A stretch of 63,093 nucleotides of DNA, filler included, from Globobulimina sp. (GCA_003354225.1; 51 parts of 51 records of this genome joined end to end with filler, not necessarily neighbours in it); one strand, 5' to 3'. Positions 23,648 through 34,710 are shown, counted from the first letter of the whole stretch. The notes: generated by a model not told the origin, from the sequence alone. Program-made: numbers and translations.

Positions 23648-23714
23648 GGTCATCTAGCTCAAGAAGAGCAATTGGTTTATACCATATAGGCAGGTTCAAT
23701 TCCTGCGGTGGCTT
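23648..23714 (+). tRNA. tRNA-like sequence, probably a pseudo-tRNA-Ile(TAT) or SINE head
   Basis: Acceptor GGTCATC/GGTGGCT, D arm GCTC-AAGAA-GAGC, perfect T arm GCAGG-TTCAATT-CCTGC; anticodon arm defective (TGG-TTTATA-CCA). Confidence 0.55.
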
Positions 23715-23876
23715 TATGTGGTTGCGACACGAAAGGTATGTGTTTTTTATTATTTTATATGTTGGTCGTGGCAGATATTAACATGGCACAATACAATACA
23801 ATAAGGTACAGTATTTGGGGAAAACGAACTGATTGGAAATACTTCATCAATTATGTGATGTCATTTTGTGTGATTG

Positions 23877-24346
23877 GAATCATTGGATTAAGAGATGTAT
23901 TAATAAGGGATATTACTAAATATAAATTGGAGATGATTATACCGTATTTTTGCATATCAAATTTGTGGAAAAGAATAGGTGGGAAATGAACATATTATTG
24001 TGTGCAAGGATTGTTTTGTCGAGTACAAAGTGCAAGGATACAATAAAAAAATGCAGCACATATCATTCTCTGCAAATGAGAATTTTCTATTTTATATCAA
24101 GCAAAACAAGTTTATCACCAAAAATAGGCAACGCCATATCACCCTCAAGACATCACTAATTTTTATATCAATTATATCCAATTATGTCTACATTTTTCCC
24201 TTGTTTCCAGACAAATATTGTCTCTCTTTCCTGTGTGGTCAACCAAAATTTATCCACTTACACCATATTTGATATGCGAAAATGCGGTATAGTCATCTCC
24301 AATTTATATTTAAATCCATTAAATACATTTCTTAATCCAGTGATTC
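23877..24346. repeat. Diverged inverted duplication (arms 23877-23962 and 24267-24346)
   Basis: Core TAAATATAAATTGGAGATGAYTATACCGYATTTTYGCATATCAAAT is present on both strands. Confidence 0.8.
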
Positions 24347-24798
24347 GAGTTCCTTTGCTTCAGCTCCACTTGCTATAATTATTTGCATTTGGTAATTGAT
24401 ATTCCAATGATCGAATTGGTAAATACAATCCTATCCAAATTCAAGTTTCAAACCTATACAAACATAAAAGACAGAGAGAGCAGAGTAGTGAACCTAAAAA
24501 CATTTGGCTTGCATTTTGAAAACTGGCTGGCATTTCTGAACGGACGCAATTTTGAGCATGAGATCAAGTTTTCGCTTTGCTGTGTAACAAAACAAATTGT
24601 AAAAAAACATACTTCAGAATAGGACGTGTTTACAATATTGCCTTTTGGAAATTTTTCATTTAAAGAGCCCATCGCACCATGTTTTACATTCGTGATCTNN
24701 NNNNNNNNNNNNNNNNNNNNNNNNNNNNNNNNNNNNNNNNNNTTAATTAATTAANNNNNNNNNNNNNNNNNNNNNNNNNNNNNNNNNNNNNNNNNNNN

Positions 24799-25937
24799 GA
24801 AAACATGGAAAAGCATAATAAATTGGATCGGAATGCAGAAAGATTTAAAATAACAAATCGGTTCAATGTCCCATGCGATTTTAATTTCAAAATTGAACCA
24901 AGAATGGGTCCCAAACCCTGTCCGTTCAAATTAGCACAGCCAACAATGCATTTATCGCCGCACGAATACAAATATATTTCATGCGATTTTGTGCCATCTA
25001 ATTTGGATTATTACTCTGCGATGTTGAAGGCGGAGGTGGTGGACGGCCAAGACGAGCAAACCAAACAATTAAGTTTTGAATTGCGAGGACGTGGCATATT
25101 GCCCCGCTTATCATTGCATACAAGTTTGTCCAATGACCAGTTATTGCGTAAAGTGGTGGAGTTAGGCCGAGTCTTTGTCAATCAGTCGAAGCATGTTTCA
25201 TTTATTATTGGTAATCACGGCATTATCGATGCGAAATATTCATTCGAATTACATGTTGCCAATGATAAGCCAGATAAGGAGGAGAAGGAAGATGAGACTC
25301 ATCAAATACAAAATGTTTATCAAATGTTTTCTGTATTGACTACTGATACGGATACTGATGGTGCGCCGAAATTAATTGATGTGCGAACCAAAGAATTTGT
25401 ATTAACACCGACCTCCACGCAAACTGTAAATGTTACTTTTCATCCAACGGAGCCTGGCAATTATTCATTAATAATTAAATTAAATATTGATAAAAATCCA
25501 TTCGAGAGCACCACCATTATTTGTCAAGGTATTGCCTATCGACAGGATATCACCATATTTTCACCAGATTTAAAAGTCGAAACTATCACAACTAAAAAAA
25601 ACGTATTTGATATGCATCGCTCATTGAATTTCAATGATTTGGCGGTTGGTTCAATTCGACGAAAACAAATCACATTAACCAATCACAGCCATTTTCTATA
25701 TAGATTTGTGGCAAATTTGCCTGCGGATTGCATCAGTATACGACCCAATATTGGTCACATTTTGCCAGATTCCTCGCGGATATTATTATTAACATTGCAC
25801 GCAAGACAAGCTGCAGAAATCAAACAAGTTTTAAATATTAAATTAGATCAAATTAAATATGAGAATGAGAATGAAGAAATTATGGAATGGGATAACACGA
25901 TGCCTCAGTTTCGCCGACTAACGGTCGAGCAATATAC
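24799..25937 (+). CDS. HYDIN: HYDIN-like axonemal central-pair protein (ASH/Ig-like repeats), internal fragment
   Basis: RFKITN, ELRGRGILPRL, LGRVFV, NPFE....QGIAY.QDITI, LTNHS, PNIGHI.P, EWDN. Confidence 0.78.
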
Positions 25938-26376
25938 NNNNNNNNNNNNNNNNNNNNNNNNNNNNNNNNNNNNNNNNNNNNTTAATTAATTAANNNNNNN
26001 NNNNNNNNNNNNNNNNNNNNNNNNNNNNNNNNNNNNNGTTGAAAGTAATTATACTTTTTGCAAATGTATAAAATGCTGACGCGATAACTACTATTTTATT
26101 AGCTTAATTGGTTAGTGACATTTTATTATGTTGCATTTAATTTACATTTGTATAAACATTTGCATTAAATAAAACTATAATTTCATACATAAAGCATTTT
26201 GTCTACATTTACATTATATGAAACCAGTGTATGAAACTAAAGTTTGTATAGTTAATACATTTTAAATGTTAAAATTAAGATTTTTTTACTTTAAACATCA
26301 TTAAACATTCTCAAAATTCCTTCTTTTGTTAACAGACTTATTTGCACATCGATAAGCACATCAAAACTTACACGAA

Positions 26377-27176
26377 ATGCCTAGAAGAAAACGTAAATTA
26401 ACTGAGGCATTTGACAACAAACAAATAAACAAAAAGACAGACAACCCACCAAAAAAAATGAAACGTGACAGAACAAACACTCAAGAAAATATACAATCAA
26501 ATAAAACACATAACAATAACAAAAATTATAACAAGAATGAACAAATATTAAAAACATTAAATGAATTTTCTACAGAAATTTCTGTAATAATTAGGATAAT
26601 TTTTATAAGTCAAAGGAAAACATTTAATTCACAAGGCCTAGCAAAAACTACATTTTTTGTTATTATTATGGATGACACTGGATTTATGATGAAATTTATA
26701 TTTTATGATTCTAGCGTTTTTAAATATGCTAATTTGCAATGTAATAAAATTTATCGAATTTCAGATGTTCACATTAATGTTAGTAAATATAAAATTTTTG
26801 GAAATTACCAAATGATTTGCCATTACAGAACAAAAATGAGTTGTTTACCAAATATTTCTTCTTTTCCATATCAAAATTGGGATTTAATATGTAGCATTGA
26901 AGATATCACTTCTGATAGAATTAACACTTATATTGATATTATTGGTATTGTTTCATATATTGCACCAATTGAAGATATAACTACACAACAAGCAAGAATT
27001 GTGAAAAAACGTGTTTTCGAAGTGACTGCTTGGGATGAAATGTGTGAAATTAACATTAAAGAAAAACAAATAGTTGGTATTAAAAAGGCAAAAGTTACAA
27101 ACTGGAATAATTTATCATTAACTGTCAGTGGTTTTATAGAAACAGAACCAGAACATGTATATTCAAAAAAATTAAT
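26377..27176 (+). CDS. RPA70-like ssDNA-binding protein (OB folds A and B), short basic N-terminus
   Basis: IMDDTG, KIYRIS, IDIIGIV, KKR...VTAW, IVGIKKAKVTNWNNLSL. Confidence 0.78.
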
Positions 27177-27276
27177 NNNNNNNNNNNNNNNNNNNNNNNN
27201 NNNNNNNNNNNNNNNNNNNNTTAATTAATTAANNNNNNNNNNNNNNNNNNNNNNNNNNNNNNNNNNNNNNNNNNNN

Positions 27277-27867
27277 AGTAGAATACGAAACTATTTTATC
27301 AGCCATGAATGCTCCGTTTGAAAAGCCAGTGAGCCATACATATCCATCATGGTTTTCATTGCCAACTGTAGCAAAGGGGAAGATGCTGGGAAACGATGTC
27401 TGTGCGCCATTGATTATTGTTTGTATAAAGCCTATGTCGTCAATGTCATTTTGCACCGCAGGGTCACAGCATTGATCTGCATTCCATGCGCTGTCAATTC
27501 CGTGTGGTGCGATTAAAATAAATGTATGCTGTTCTGCATAAGATTGCCATTTTGAGAGTGCACGTTTTGGTGTACATCCTAAGCAATGTATTGCGAATAA
27601 CATTGGTATTGCCATTTGATGGTTTTTTGGGTCAAAGGGATTATCGGTGTTTACAAGTCTTTTGTTGACAGCTTTTGTAAATAGATCCGCATCGCAAAAT
27701 ATGTTTGGAATATACATTGATAATTGACGCTCCATGCTATCATATGTCATGGTAATGGTATATGCTTCGCCACATTTTTTTTGAATGTTTAATGTGGAAT
27801 CTTCTGCGCCAAAACCTGACACGCAAAGTGGTAGTAATAATGCAAAGCATAGGAAAAGCGGTGACAT
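27277..27867 (-). CDS. Secreted alpha/beta hydrolase, LpqC/PHB-depolymerase-like esterase
   Basis: Signal peptide; APHG..SAWNADQCC...DDIGFI; nucleophile elbow TGFSNGAFMA. Confidence 0.85.
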
Positions 27868-28517
27868 TATTCAACTCTCTTTTCATACAATTTTTTGAGC
27901 TCAAGGTGTTTGGCGGTATCTGTCGGAATGGTTAACCAACCAAATATATTGTTTAATTTTCCTAAATATTTCATATGCATTAAAACAATTACAACGAGGA
28001 ATACAATAATATTATTTTAAGTTTTAATGTCAATTCTAATTAAATCACACGATGCGACAATTGACGAATCGGAATCGTTTTGTTTTAAGAATTCTTGTGA
28101 ACGGTATAATGTGTTTGATATAACTGTGTGTTTACAGTATTCAGTAATGTGAAAGTGGAAAGAAAAAACGTAGTCAATTCAAACCTCACTTAAACGTCAT
28201 CCTGCCACGCAACATTTTATTTTGTCAAGTCATCCTATCTATAATCACCACATAGATCGTAGTATTTCGTTGCATTTACTATGGGCAATGAAAATAAAAA
28301 AGCAGCTGCTGTACAACAACAGCAATCTTTGAAAGCAGAGCAAGAACGTAAAGCGAAGGCAGCGATGCAAACAGGGGCTGCAAAACAGAAATATCTCAAA
28401 CAACAGAAACAATCANNNNNNNNNNNNNNNNNNNNNNNNNNNNNNNNNNNNNNNNNNNNTTAATTAATTAANNNNNNNNNNNNNNNNNNNNNNNNNNNNN
28501 NNNNNNNNNNNNNNNTA

Positions 28518-28823
28518 TATGAACGTATGACAGTATCGGATGAACAGCAAATCTGGATTGATTTTTATGACAGGATAAACGAGATCGGACGGGTATTCAT
28601 TGCGAGTCCGGGAGTTGCCTCAGATAGAGTTAAAACCTTAAGCGACGCGGTACATAAAGTTCTGAGTGACGAGAAAATTGTCGCGATGGCGAAGAAACAG
28701 AAACGGCTCATCCACTATCTTCCTGCTGCGAATGTGGGTGAACTGCTCCTCTCGGCACAGGCTGCTATTGATGAGTTGGGTGATGAGAAAATAAAAACGG
28801 TTCTTCTGCAAAAGTATTATTGA
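28518..28823 (+). CDS. Bacterial tripartite tricarboxylate transporter binding protein (TctC/Bug), C-terminus
   Basis: GRVFIASPGVASDRVKTLSDAVHKVLSD..V..AKK; GC content higher than in the eukaryotic contigs. Confidence 0.7.
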   Translation, partial: YERMTVSDEQQIWIDFYDRINEIGRVFIASPGVASDRVKTLSDAVHKVLSDEKIVAMAKKQKRLIHYLPAANVGELLLSAQAAIDELGDEKIKTVLLQKYY

Positions 28824-28950
28824 GCCTTCAACGTTAGTGATATGCGTCGGAAAAATTTGTTGAACGACTTTTCGCCATGCTGCCTGGTTATTAGATATAG
28901 TTTGGTGAAGTATCGACTCCCGGTCATGTTAGCGAAAGGAATTATTCAAA

Positions 28951-29001
28951 ATGTGGCAGGTATGGATAGATCGTGGCGGGACCTTTACTGATATTGTTGT
29001 T
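28951..29001 (+). pseudogene. First 17 codons of a bacterial 5-oxoprolinase/hydantoinase, cut at a chimeric junction
   Basis: AAGGA RBS, then MWQVWIDRGGTFTDIVV; similarity ends abruptly. Confidence 0.85.
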
Positions 29002-29654
29002 TTTAGAACCACCACATGTACAACAATGGCAACAGGTTCCAATTCAACAACAACAAGAAGAGCGACATGAGCTTATTCAACAACAACATGTTGCTGCTGA
29101 ATGGCGAGTCCAACAAATTGGTGATACAAGACAGCTTCTTAGGGAATATATTAACAACTATGATAAGTCTATTCAACATTTGGAACAAGTAATTTGGCTC
29201 AATGACAATCCACAGTCCAAAGGTTTGGAAATGAAAATGAGTCAGATTGAAATAGAATTAGACACTCTGCGGAGATTTCGAGTTGATGCTGTTACTCATT
29301 TGGATAATATGTCAACAGTAGAAGAACATTCTGCAAATGTTGAACTGGATCAAATCAGACAACGAACACAGGAGGAACCAAGATTTTTTATGGTGGAAGA
29401 AAGGGGAAATTCTCCAAATCATTTTGAACAAGAAATGGTTGAACAACAAAATAAACATGATATTGAGCATAGGGTGATGGAAAATCTCAAACTGGTCAAC
29501 CAATTGCATCAACAATTGACACAAGCTTATTGTGATACAGCTTTACTATGTCTTGACACCAAAGATACTGAAAATCAGAGTCAAATCCTTCAAATGCATG
29601 CTACTCAAAACATTCTTCTTAACCGCGCACATAAACTATTGACTACAAATTCAG
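29002..29654 (+). CDS. Gln/Glu-rich coiled-coil eukaryote-like fragment
   Basis: Open frame EPPHVQQWQQ... to the contig end; composition differs from the bacterial left half. Confidence 0.45.
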
Positions 29655-29754
29655 NNNNNNNNNNNNNNNNNNNNNNNNNNNNNNNNNNNNNNNNNNNNTT
29701 AATTAATTAANNNNNNNNNNNNNNNNNNNNNNNNNNNNNNNNNNNNNNNNNNNN

Positions 29755-30342
29755 AATACAGCAAATGCGAATGATTCGAGCACGCCGAAGAAACACAAAA
29801 GTTTTTATAAATCATTGGACAAACATTTTAAACATATTTCTGAAAAGCAAAGCAGACAAAGGCAAGCTGACGATTTTGAGCTTGAGGATTCGGAACAAGT
29901 GTCAATAAAATTAGATGACGATGAAGAAACACAAAACACGCAGGAAAAACTGGGGGATGATGAGAATAATGCAATGTATCATCCATTTTTGATATTTTTA
30001 CAAGAATTATTGCTGAAAAATCCGAAATTGAATGAGAAAATAATTCAAAATGCGGCACAATTTTGGAAAGTTAAAATGGAAAATGTTGTAACATTAATAA
30101 ACGAAGCAAAAGAATATATTATTGATTCTGTCCCTTTATCACCACAACCAAAAGGTGATGGAGACAATGAAACAGATTCAGATGAAGAGGATTTAGAGGA
30201 AGAGCCGGAGCAATGGATTGAACATCAAATCACTTTTTATGATGGAAAGTTTGATGATTTGGACAACAAGAAATTAAAAGAAATCCAAGCTCGATTTAAA
30301 AGTCATGATAAACAAAATACGACCAATTGTATCGTTATGTAA
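29755..30342 (+). CDS. 3' part of an acidic hypothetical eukaryotic protein
   Basis: Open from the contig start; ends in CIVM, a CaaX prenylation-like motif. Confidence 0.6.
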   Translation, partial: NTANANDSSTPKKHKSFYKSLDKHFKHISEKQSRQRQADDFELEDSEQVSIKLDDDEETQNTQEKLGDDENNAMYHPFLIFLQELLLKNPKLNEKIIQNAAQFWKVKMENVVTLINEAKEYIIDSVPLSPQPKGDGDNETDSDEEDLEEEPEQWIEHQITFYDGKFDDLDNKKLKEIQARFKSHDKQNTTNCIVM

Positions 30343-30488
30343 CTTATTATTTAAATTTTACAATGTCAGTCTGTAAACTTGAGCAGATCAAAATACACTT
30401 TGTGAAAAGATAAATTCTTTTTTTTTTATCAAATTCACCAACAAAAAATATATACAATTTGTGCAAGGATAATTAACAAAAATTTGCT

Positions 30489-30892
30489 CTACATTGGAGG
30501 TTTTCCGTCTGTAGAATATTGATTCGGTGCAGATGGCGCCGCTTGTGCAGGTCTTGCATATTGGATTTGAAGTTCTGTTTGTTGCTGAATATTACCATTG
30601 TTCTCGTTTCCATTGTTGTTAACCACTGGTTTCGCTGCGACATTGGCTAAACAATCACCAAATATTGCATTCATAATGGCACCAACAATTTGTGCAGCGG
30701 GACCATATAATAATTGTACAATTTTCTAGATAAAGGAATGTGTTTTTGGGTCGTTTTCGCTGTTATACACAAAAACAAATAAGGACATACAAGAGATGGA
30801 TGTATCAACCAAATGAGAACAAATGGAACTGTGCGAGAAATAAGACCCCATAATAATGATAATAGGGCACCAATTAGTACGGATAATAAATT
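30489..30892 (-). CDS. Caveolin-like protein, 5'-truncated; exons 30892-30791 and 30725-30489, 65-bp intron
   Basis: Spliced translation NLLSVLIGALLSLLWGLISRTVPFVLIWLIHPSL|KIVQLLYGPAAQIVGAIMNAIFGDCLANV; phase-0 GTATGT..CTAG intron. Confidence 0.65.
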
Positions 30893-30993
30893 GNNNNNNN
30901 NNNNNNNNNNNNNNNNNNNNNNNNNNNNNNNNNNNNNTTAATTAATTAANNNNNNNNNNNNNNNNNNNNNNNNNNNNNNNNNNNNNNNNNNNN

Positions 30994-31453
30994 TATGATA
31001 TCTGAGGACTTGTGTACTTGACAAAATTATATCTCCAAATATACTATTTGTGACAGCTAAAGGTTGATTTTCAAATGATGGGTATGATGACCATGCTGCA
31101 CCGTCTTCCAATGATATTTCCACACTGAAATATTGTGTATCACCTACACCAAATAGCATTAAAAATTCACCAGATAAATAAGTTATATTTGGTGTAAATC
31201 CATGGATTGTGATGTTGATTGTTGATTGAACAGATGGATGGAATCCCCATTCGCTGGGTAATCTAAGTTCTAAATCTGTACCATCTTGTGTTGGAGGGTC
31301 AATATGCCAAGTATTGTTGATTGTGACTACGTTGGGTGTCGTGATAACAGTCGTAATGCCTTCTCCACCTTCTCGCGACGTATTCAAAGTCACGGATTTT
31401 TCAAAAGCGTTGCTGAAGAAGCAGCAGAACAGATATGCTATATGCAGCCTCAT
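30994..31453 (-). CDS. Secreted protein of unknown family, paralog A
   Basis: Signal peptide; homologous by eye to the divergent ORF at 31522. Confidence 0.7.
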
Positions 31454-31521
31454 TGCAAGTTGCGACTATATAGTAACAAAATGATTTTCTGACTCAAACA
31501 ATCCGAAAAAATAATAACTCA

Positions 31522-32132
31522 ATGCAGTCAATGGCACATAGTACTTATCGTATCACACCCGTGATACTGTTATTTAACATGGTAATATCAAACATACTAA
31601 AGTCAACAACATTTAATGGAAATTATCACTCTTCCTCCAACATATCGATCACTAAAGGGTCTGGCACCACTATCGACGCAGCAGGAAATTGGCATATTAA
31701 TGTTAATACCCAAATGGGATCAGATTTAGCATTATTTCTGGATGAAAGTTGGAAATTTGATGACCATCAGCCATCGACACTGACACTAATAATAAATGGA
31801 ATTACCCCTTCAACAGAGAGTGATGGTGACTTTCTAATCCTTTTCAGCAGCAACAATAATGAATTTTTCTCTGCAGCATTTCATCTGGATATTGCCCGTT
31901 ATGCGTACAAAATATATCCAAATACAAACTCAACATTAGCAGTGGCAAATGTGCAGTCAATGATATCTTCAAATAGTATTGATAGATGGTACAGATATTC
32001 ACAAAATGATAAATGGGCAAATGCAGTGCCAGAATATAAAGAGAAAGCACACTGGCCTTTGCATTTTACAATTACAAATTATCCGACTACAAACAGAGTG
32101 TTATATGAATGGAGGGATGGAATGAATATGGA
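31522..32132 (+). CDS. Secreted protein of unknown family, paralog B
   Basis: Hydrophobic leader; shares WHI..TQ.G.DL.L.L...W.F....ST...I.G.TP...G.FL.LF...FS...YP...LAV.N with paralog A. Confidence 0.7.
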
Positions 32133-32232
32133 NNNNNNNNNNNNNNNNNNNNNNNNNNNNNNNNNNNNNNNNNNNNTTAATTAATTAANNNNNNNNNNNN
32201 NNNNNNNNNNNNNNNNNNNNNNNNNNNNNNNN

Positions 32233-33371
32233 ATTTATATTGTTGTTTTTTGCGTATTTCCTGCTTAGTCCTCCGCAGTAAATACGGCTTCACTGTCTTT
32301 TTTATTAAGTTCAATAGCCGGTTACTTAGCTGCTTCTGGAACAACGAGGCGTGTTTCAACCGCCCCGCATTTATATGCACTTTGAATTCTTTATTGAACG
32401 CACGGTATGAACCAAATAAGTGACCCTCAGAAATGAAATCAAATAACGACCATAACTCTGACAATTCATTTTGCAAAAAAGTGCCAGATAATATAATTTT
32501 ATTTGAATTATTCACTGGAATCTGTCGAACTGCTTTGGAGGTCCCAATTAAGTGGTTTTTAATTTTATGCCCTTCGTCCAATATCATATAATCCCACTTT
32601 TTGCCCTCTCGGATGACTTTATTATTGCGTACTTTTTGGGTTAATGACTGTATGTCCATTGCTGCATAATTTTTCTGTACCATGCCGTAGGACGTTATTA
32701 GTATACCGCCGCGTTTTGCGATTGAGGCTAAGTTTTCGGCTCTCCTTTTTTTGGTGATGGAGGAGTGATATTTTTTCACTTTATACCCAGCTATTTTACA
32801 CCAGACATTTAACTCTTTGATCCAATGCGACATGACGGAGACTGGCAGCACCAATAAACATCGGGTTGCTAAGCCACTGAGGTAGGCGCCATGCAAAAAA
32901 GCGCAGATTTGTACAGTTTTACCTTAACATTTTTACAAAAAGTTTTTTTGCTGATAAAAGCAGAGTACACTTACCTAAACCCATGTCGTCGCCTAAAATG
33001 CCACCACAAGGCGATTGGTATAGCTTCCAAAGCCATACTAAAGATTCTCTTTGATAGTCATATAGTTTGTCGAATATCTCAGCTGGTATTATATATTCTT
33101 GTTCTTCTTCATCGTACAATTCATCCTCGTCTATGTCTTCTTGCTTATTTGCTTCGAGATGGTAATTGTCTGTGACAATATTTTTATGCCACGGAGAATC
33201 ACCAATTTGTTCAAATGCTTCTTCGTTTGCCTCTAATTTTTTGTCGTAGCATAAATCTTGAATTTTTTCAATTTTATTTTTTAATTTGGGGAATTCTTTT
33301 GGCGCTACTTTTGATGCTGAAATATATGATTTTAAAGCGGGTAAATATTTTTTTTCATTTTGTAATGCTTT
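32233..33371 (-). CDS. ERCC6L: SNF2-family ATPase, ERCC6L/PICH-like (intron 32974-32923)
   Basis: TPR-like N-terminus, LYDYQ, GGILGDDMGLG|KT, WDYMILDEGHKIKN, LSGTFLQNEL.ELWSLFDF, PYLLRRTK; a 52-bp GTAAG..AG intron restores Walker A. Confidence 0.8.
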
Positions 33372-33785
33372 NNNNNNNNNNNNNNNNNNNNNNNNNNNNN
33401 NNNNNNNNNNNNNNNTTAATTAATTAANNNNNNNNNNNNNNNNNNNNNNNNNNNNNNNNNNNNNNNNNNNNGGATATAACTGTATTGGATACATTATGCG
33501 ATTTTGAGAATTTGAGGCCAGCCATCAACGCCGCAACAAACCTATTATCATATTATAATGTCACTTTCCAAGGTCCATTGATAAAACACGCACACTACCA
33601 AACCAACGCAAAAATGAATGAGATCAGCTACAAATATAAGTTGAATGATTTAAACATATTGGAAACATTTCATATAAAAACGTTTCCGCAAAAATAGGAC
33701 AAAAACATGCGACCATACACATAATTAACTGTATATTTAATCATTTATTTGGAATTATAATAATTTTAAAAATATACAATTTAGA

Positions 33786-34544
33786 TTGATTGAACATGAT
33801 AATAACAGAAACATGTTTAAGTTAATAAATGCGAATAATATAAATAATATAAATAAAAAGAAATTGCATCTCGAGTTCCAGGAAGAATATAACAATTTAT
33901 TTGTAATCCACGATGCTATTTTAAAACGGATATTTTATCCAATTTGCGATTGTATAACAAAACAATTTATTGAGAAAAAAAAAATAGTAAATATAAATTT
34001 ATTTGATGCATTAATTAAACACTATGTTGCCGCTATAAAAAGAGTTGAAAATATATTTATTTTTTATGGGATTGTGTTTAATGAAAAAAATAATAAAATT
34101 ATGGATGCAAAATATTTAATGAATACACCCAAAACAAAAATGATAACTTACATTTTTGAATGGGACAATATCAAAATAAATAAAGTAAAATCTTTTGAAC
34201 ATTTGCGTGGTGATTATTGGCATAGGAAAGCGATCAGATATTGCACCATGGAAATGATTACAAAAATATTTTATAAACTATTTAAAATTGATTTGACTGC
34301 ATTTCAATTTGTATTAAAAAAAGACGAAAACGATTATAAATTTAGGTATAAATGTTATACATTGCATTGTAATGAGCGTAATATGCTAGAAATACCATTC
34401 AATAATCGGCCAAATGAGATTAATGCAGTTGCGTTTGATGGATATTTGGTTCTCGCAAAGGTTAAAAAAGAAATTATGCGACAAATATTTTTTAAGGATA
34501 TTGATACGCCAAAAATATCGTTTTTTCCATTTATGTGTCCATGA
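33786..34544 (+). CDS. Orphan protein
   Basis: 252 open codons in very AT-rich DNA; no motif recognised. Confidence 0.45.
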   Translation: MIEHDNNRNMFKLINANNINNINKKKLHLEFQEEYNNLFVIHDAILKRIFYPICDCITKQFIEKKKIVNINLFDALIKHYVAAIKRVENIFIFYGIVFNEKNNKIMDAKYLMNTPKTKMITYIFEWDNIKINKVKSFEHLRGDYWHRKAIRYCTMEMITKIFYKLFKIDLTAFQFVLKKDENDYKFRYKCYTLHCNERNMLEIPFNNRPNEINAVAFDGYLVLAKVKKEIMRQIFFKDIDTPKISFFPFMCP

Positions 34545-34710
34545 ATATTTAATGTTTTTGATACCAAATCTTGTCCTAATTTATTGCTAATGCTTGAAAT
34601 ATTGAACATTNNNNNNNNNNNNNNNNNNNNNNNNNNNNNNNNNNNNNNNNNNNNTTAATTAATTAANNNNNNNNNNNNNNNNNNNNNNNNNNNNNNNNNN
34701 NNNNNNNNNN

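Noticed and set aside
23648-23714. Ochre suppressor tRNA (TTA anticodon) or a reassigned genetic code
   Set aside because: A TTA reading lacks purine 37 and a proper 7-nt loop; TAA, TAG and TGA all end clear genes in this window
28973-29654. 245-aa ORF as a real fusion protein or proven HGT
   Set aside because: It crosses an abrupt bacterial/eukaryotic junction best explained as a chimera
30489-30892. Aquaporin/MIP C-terminus (Y..GP....GA-like segment)
   Set aside because: No NPA motif upstream; the spliced sequence fits the caveolin W-G/W/P spacing better
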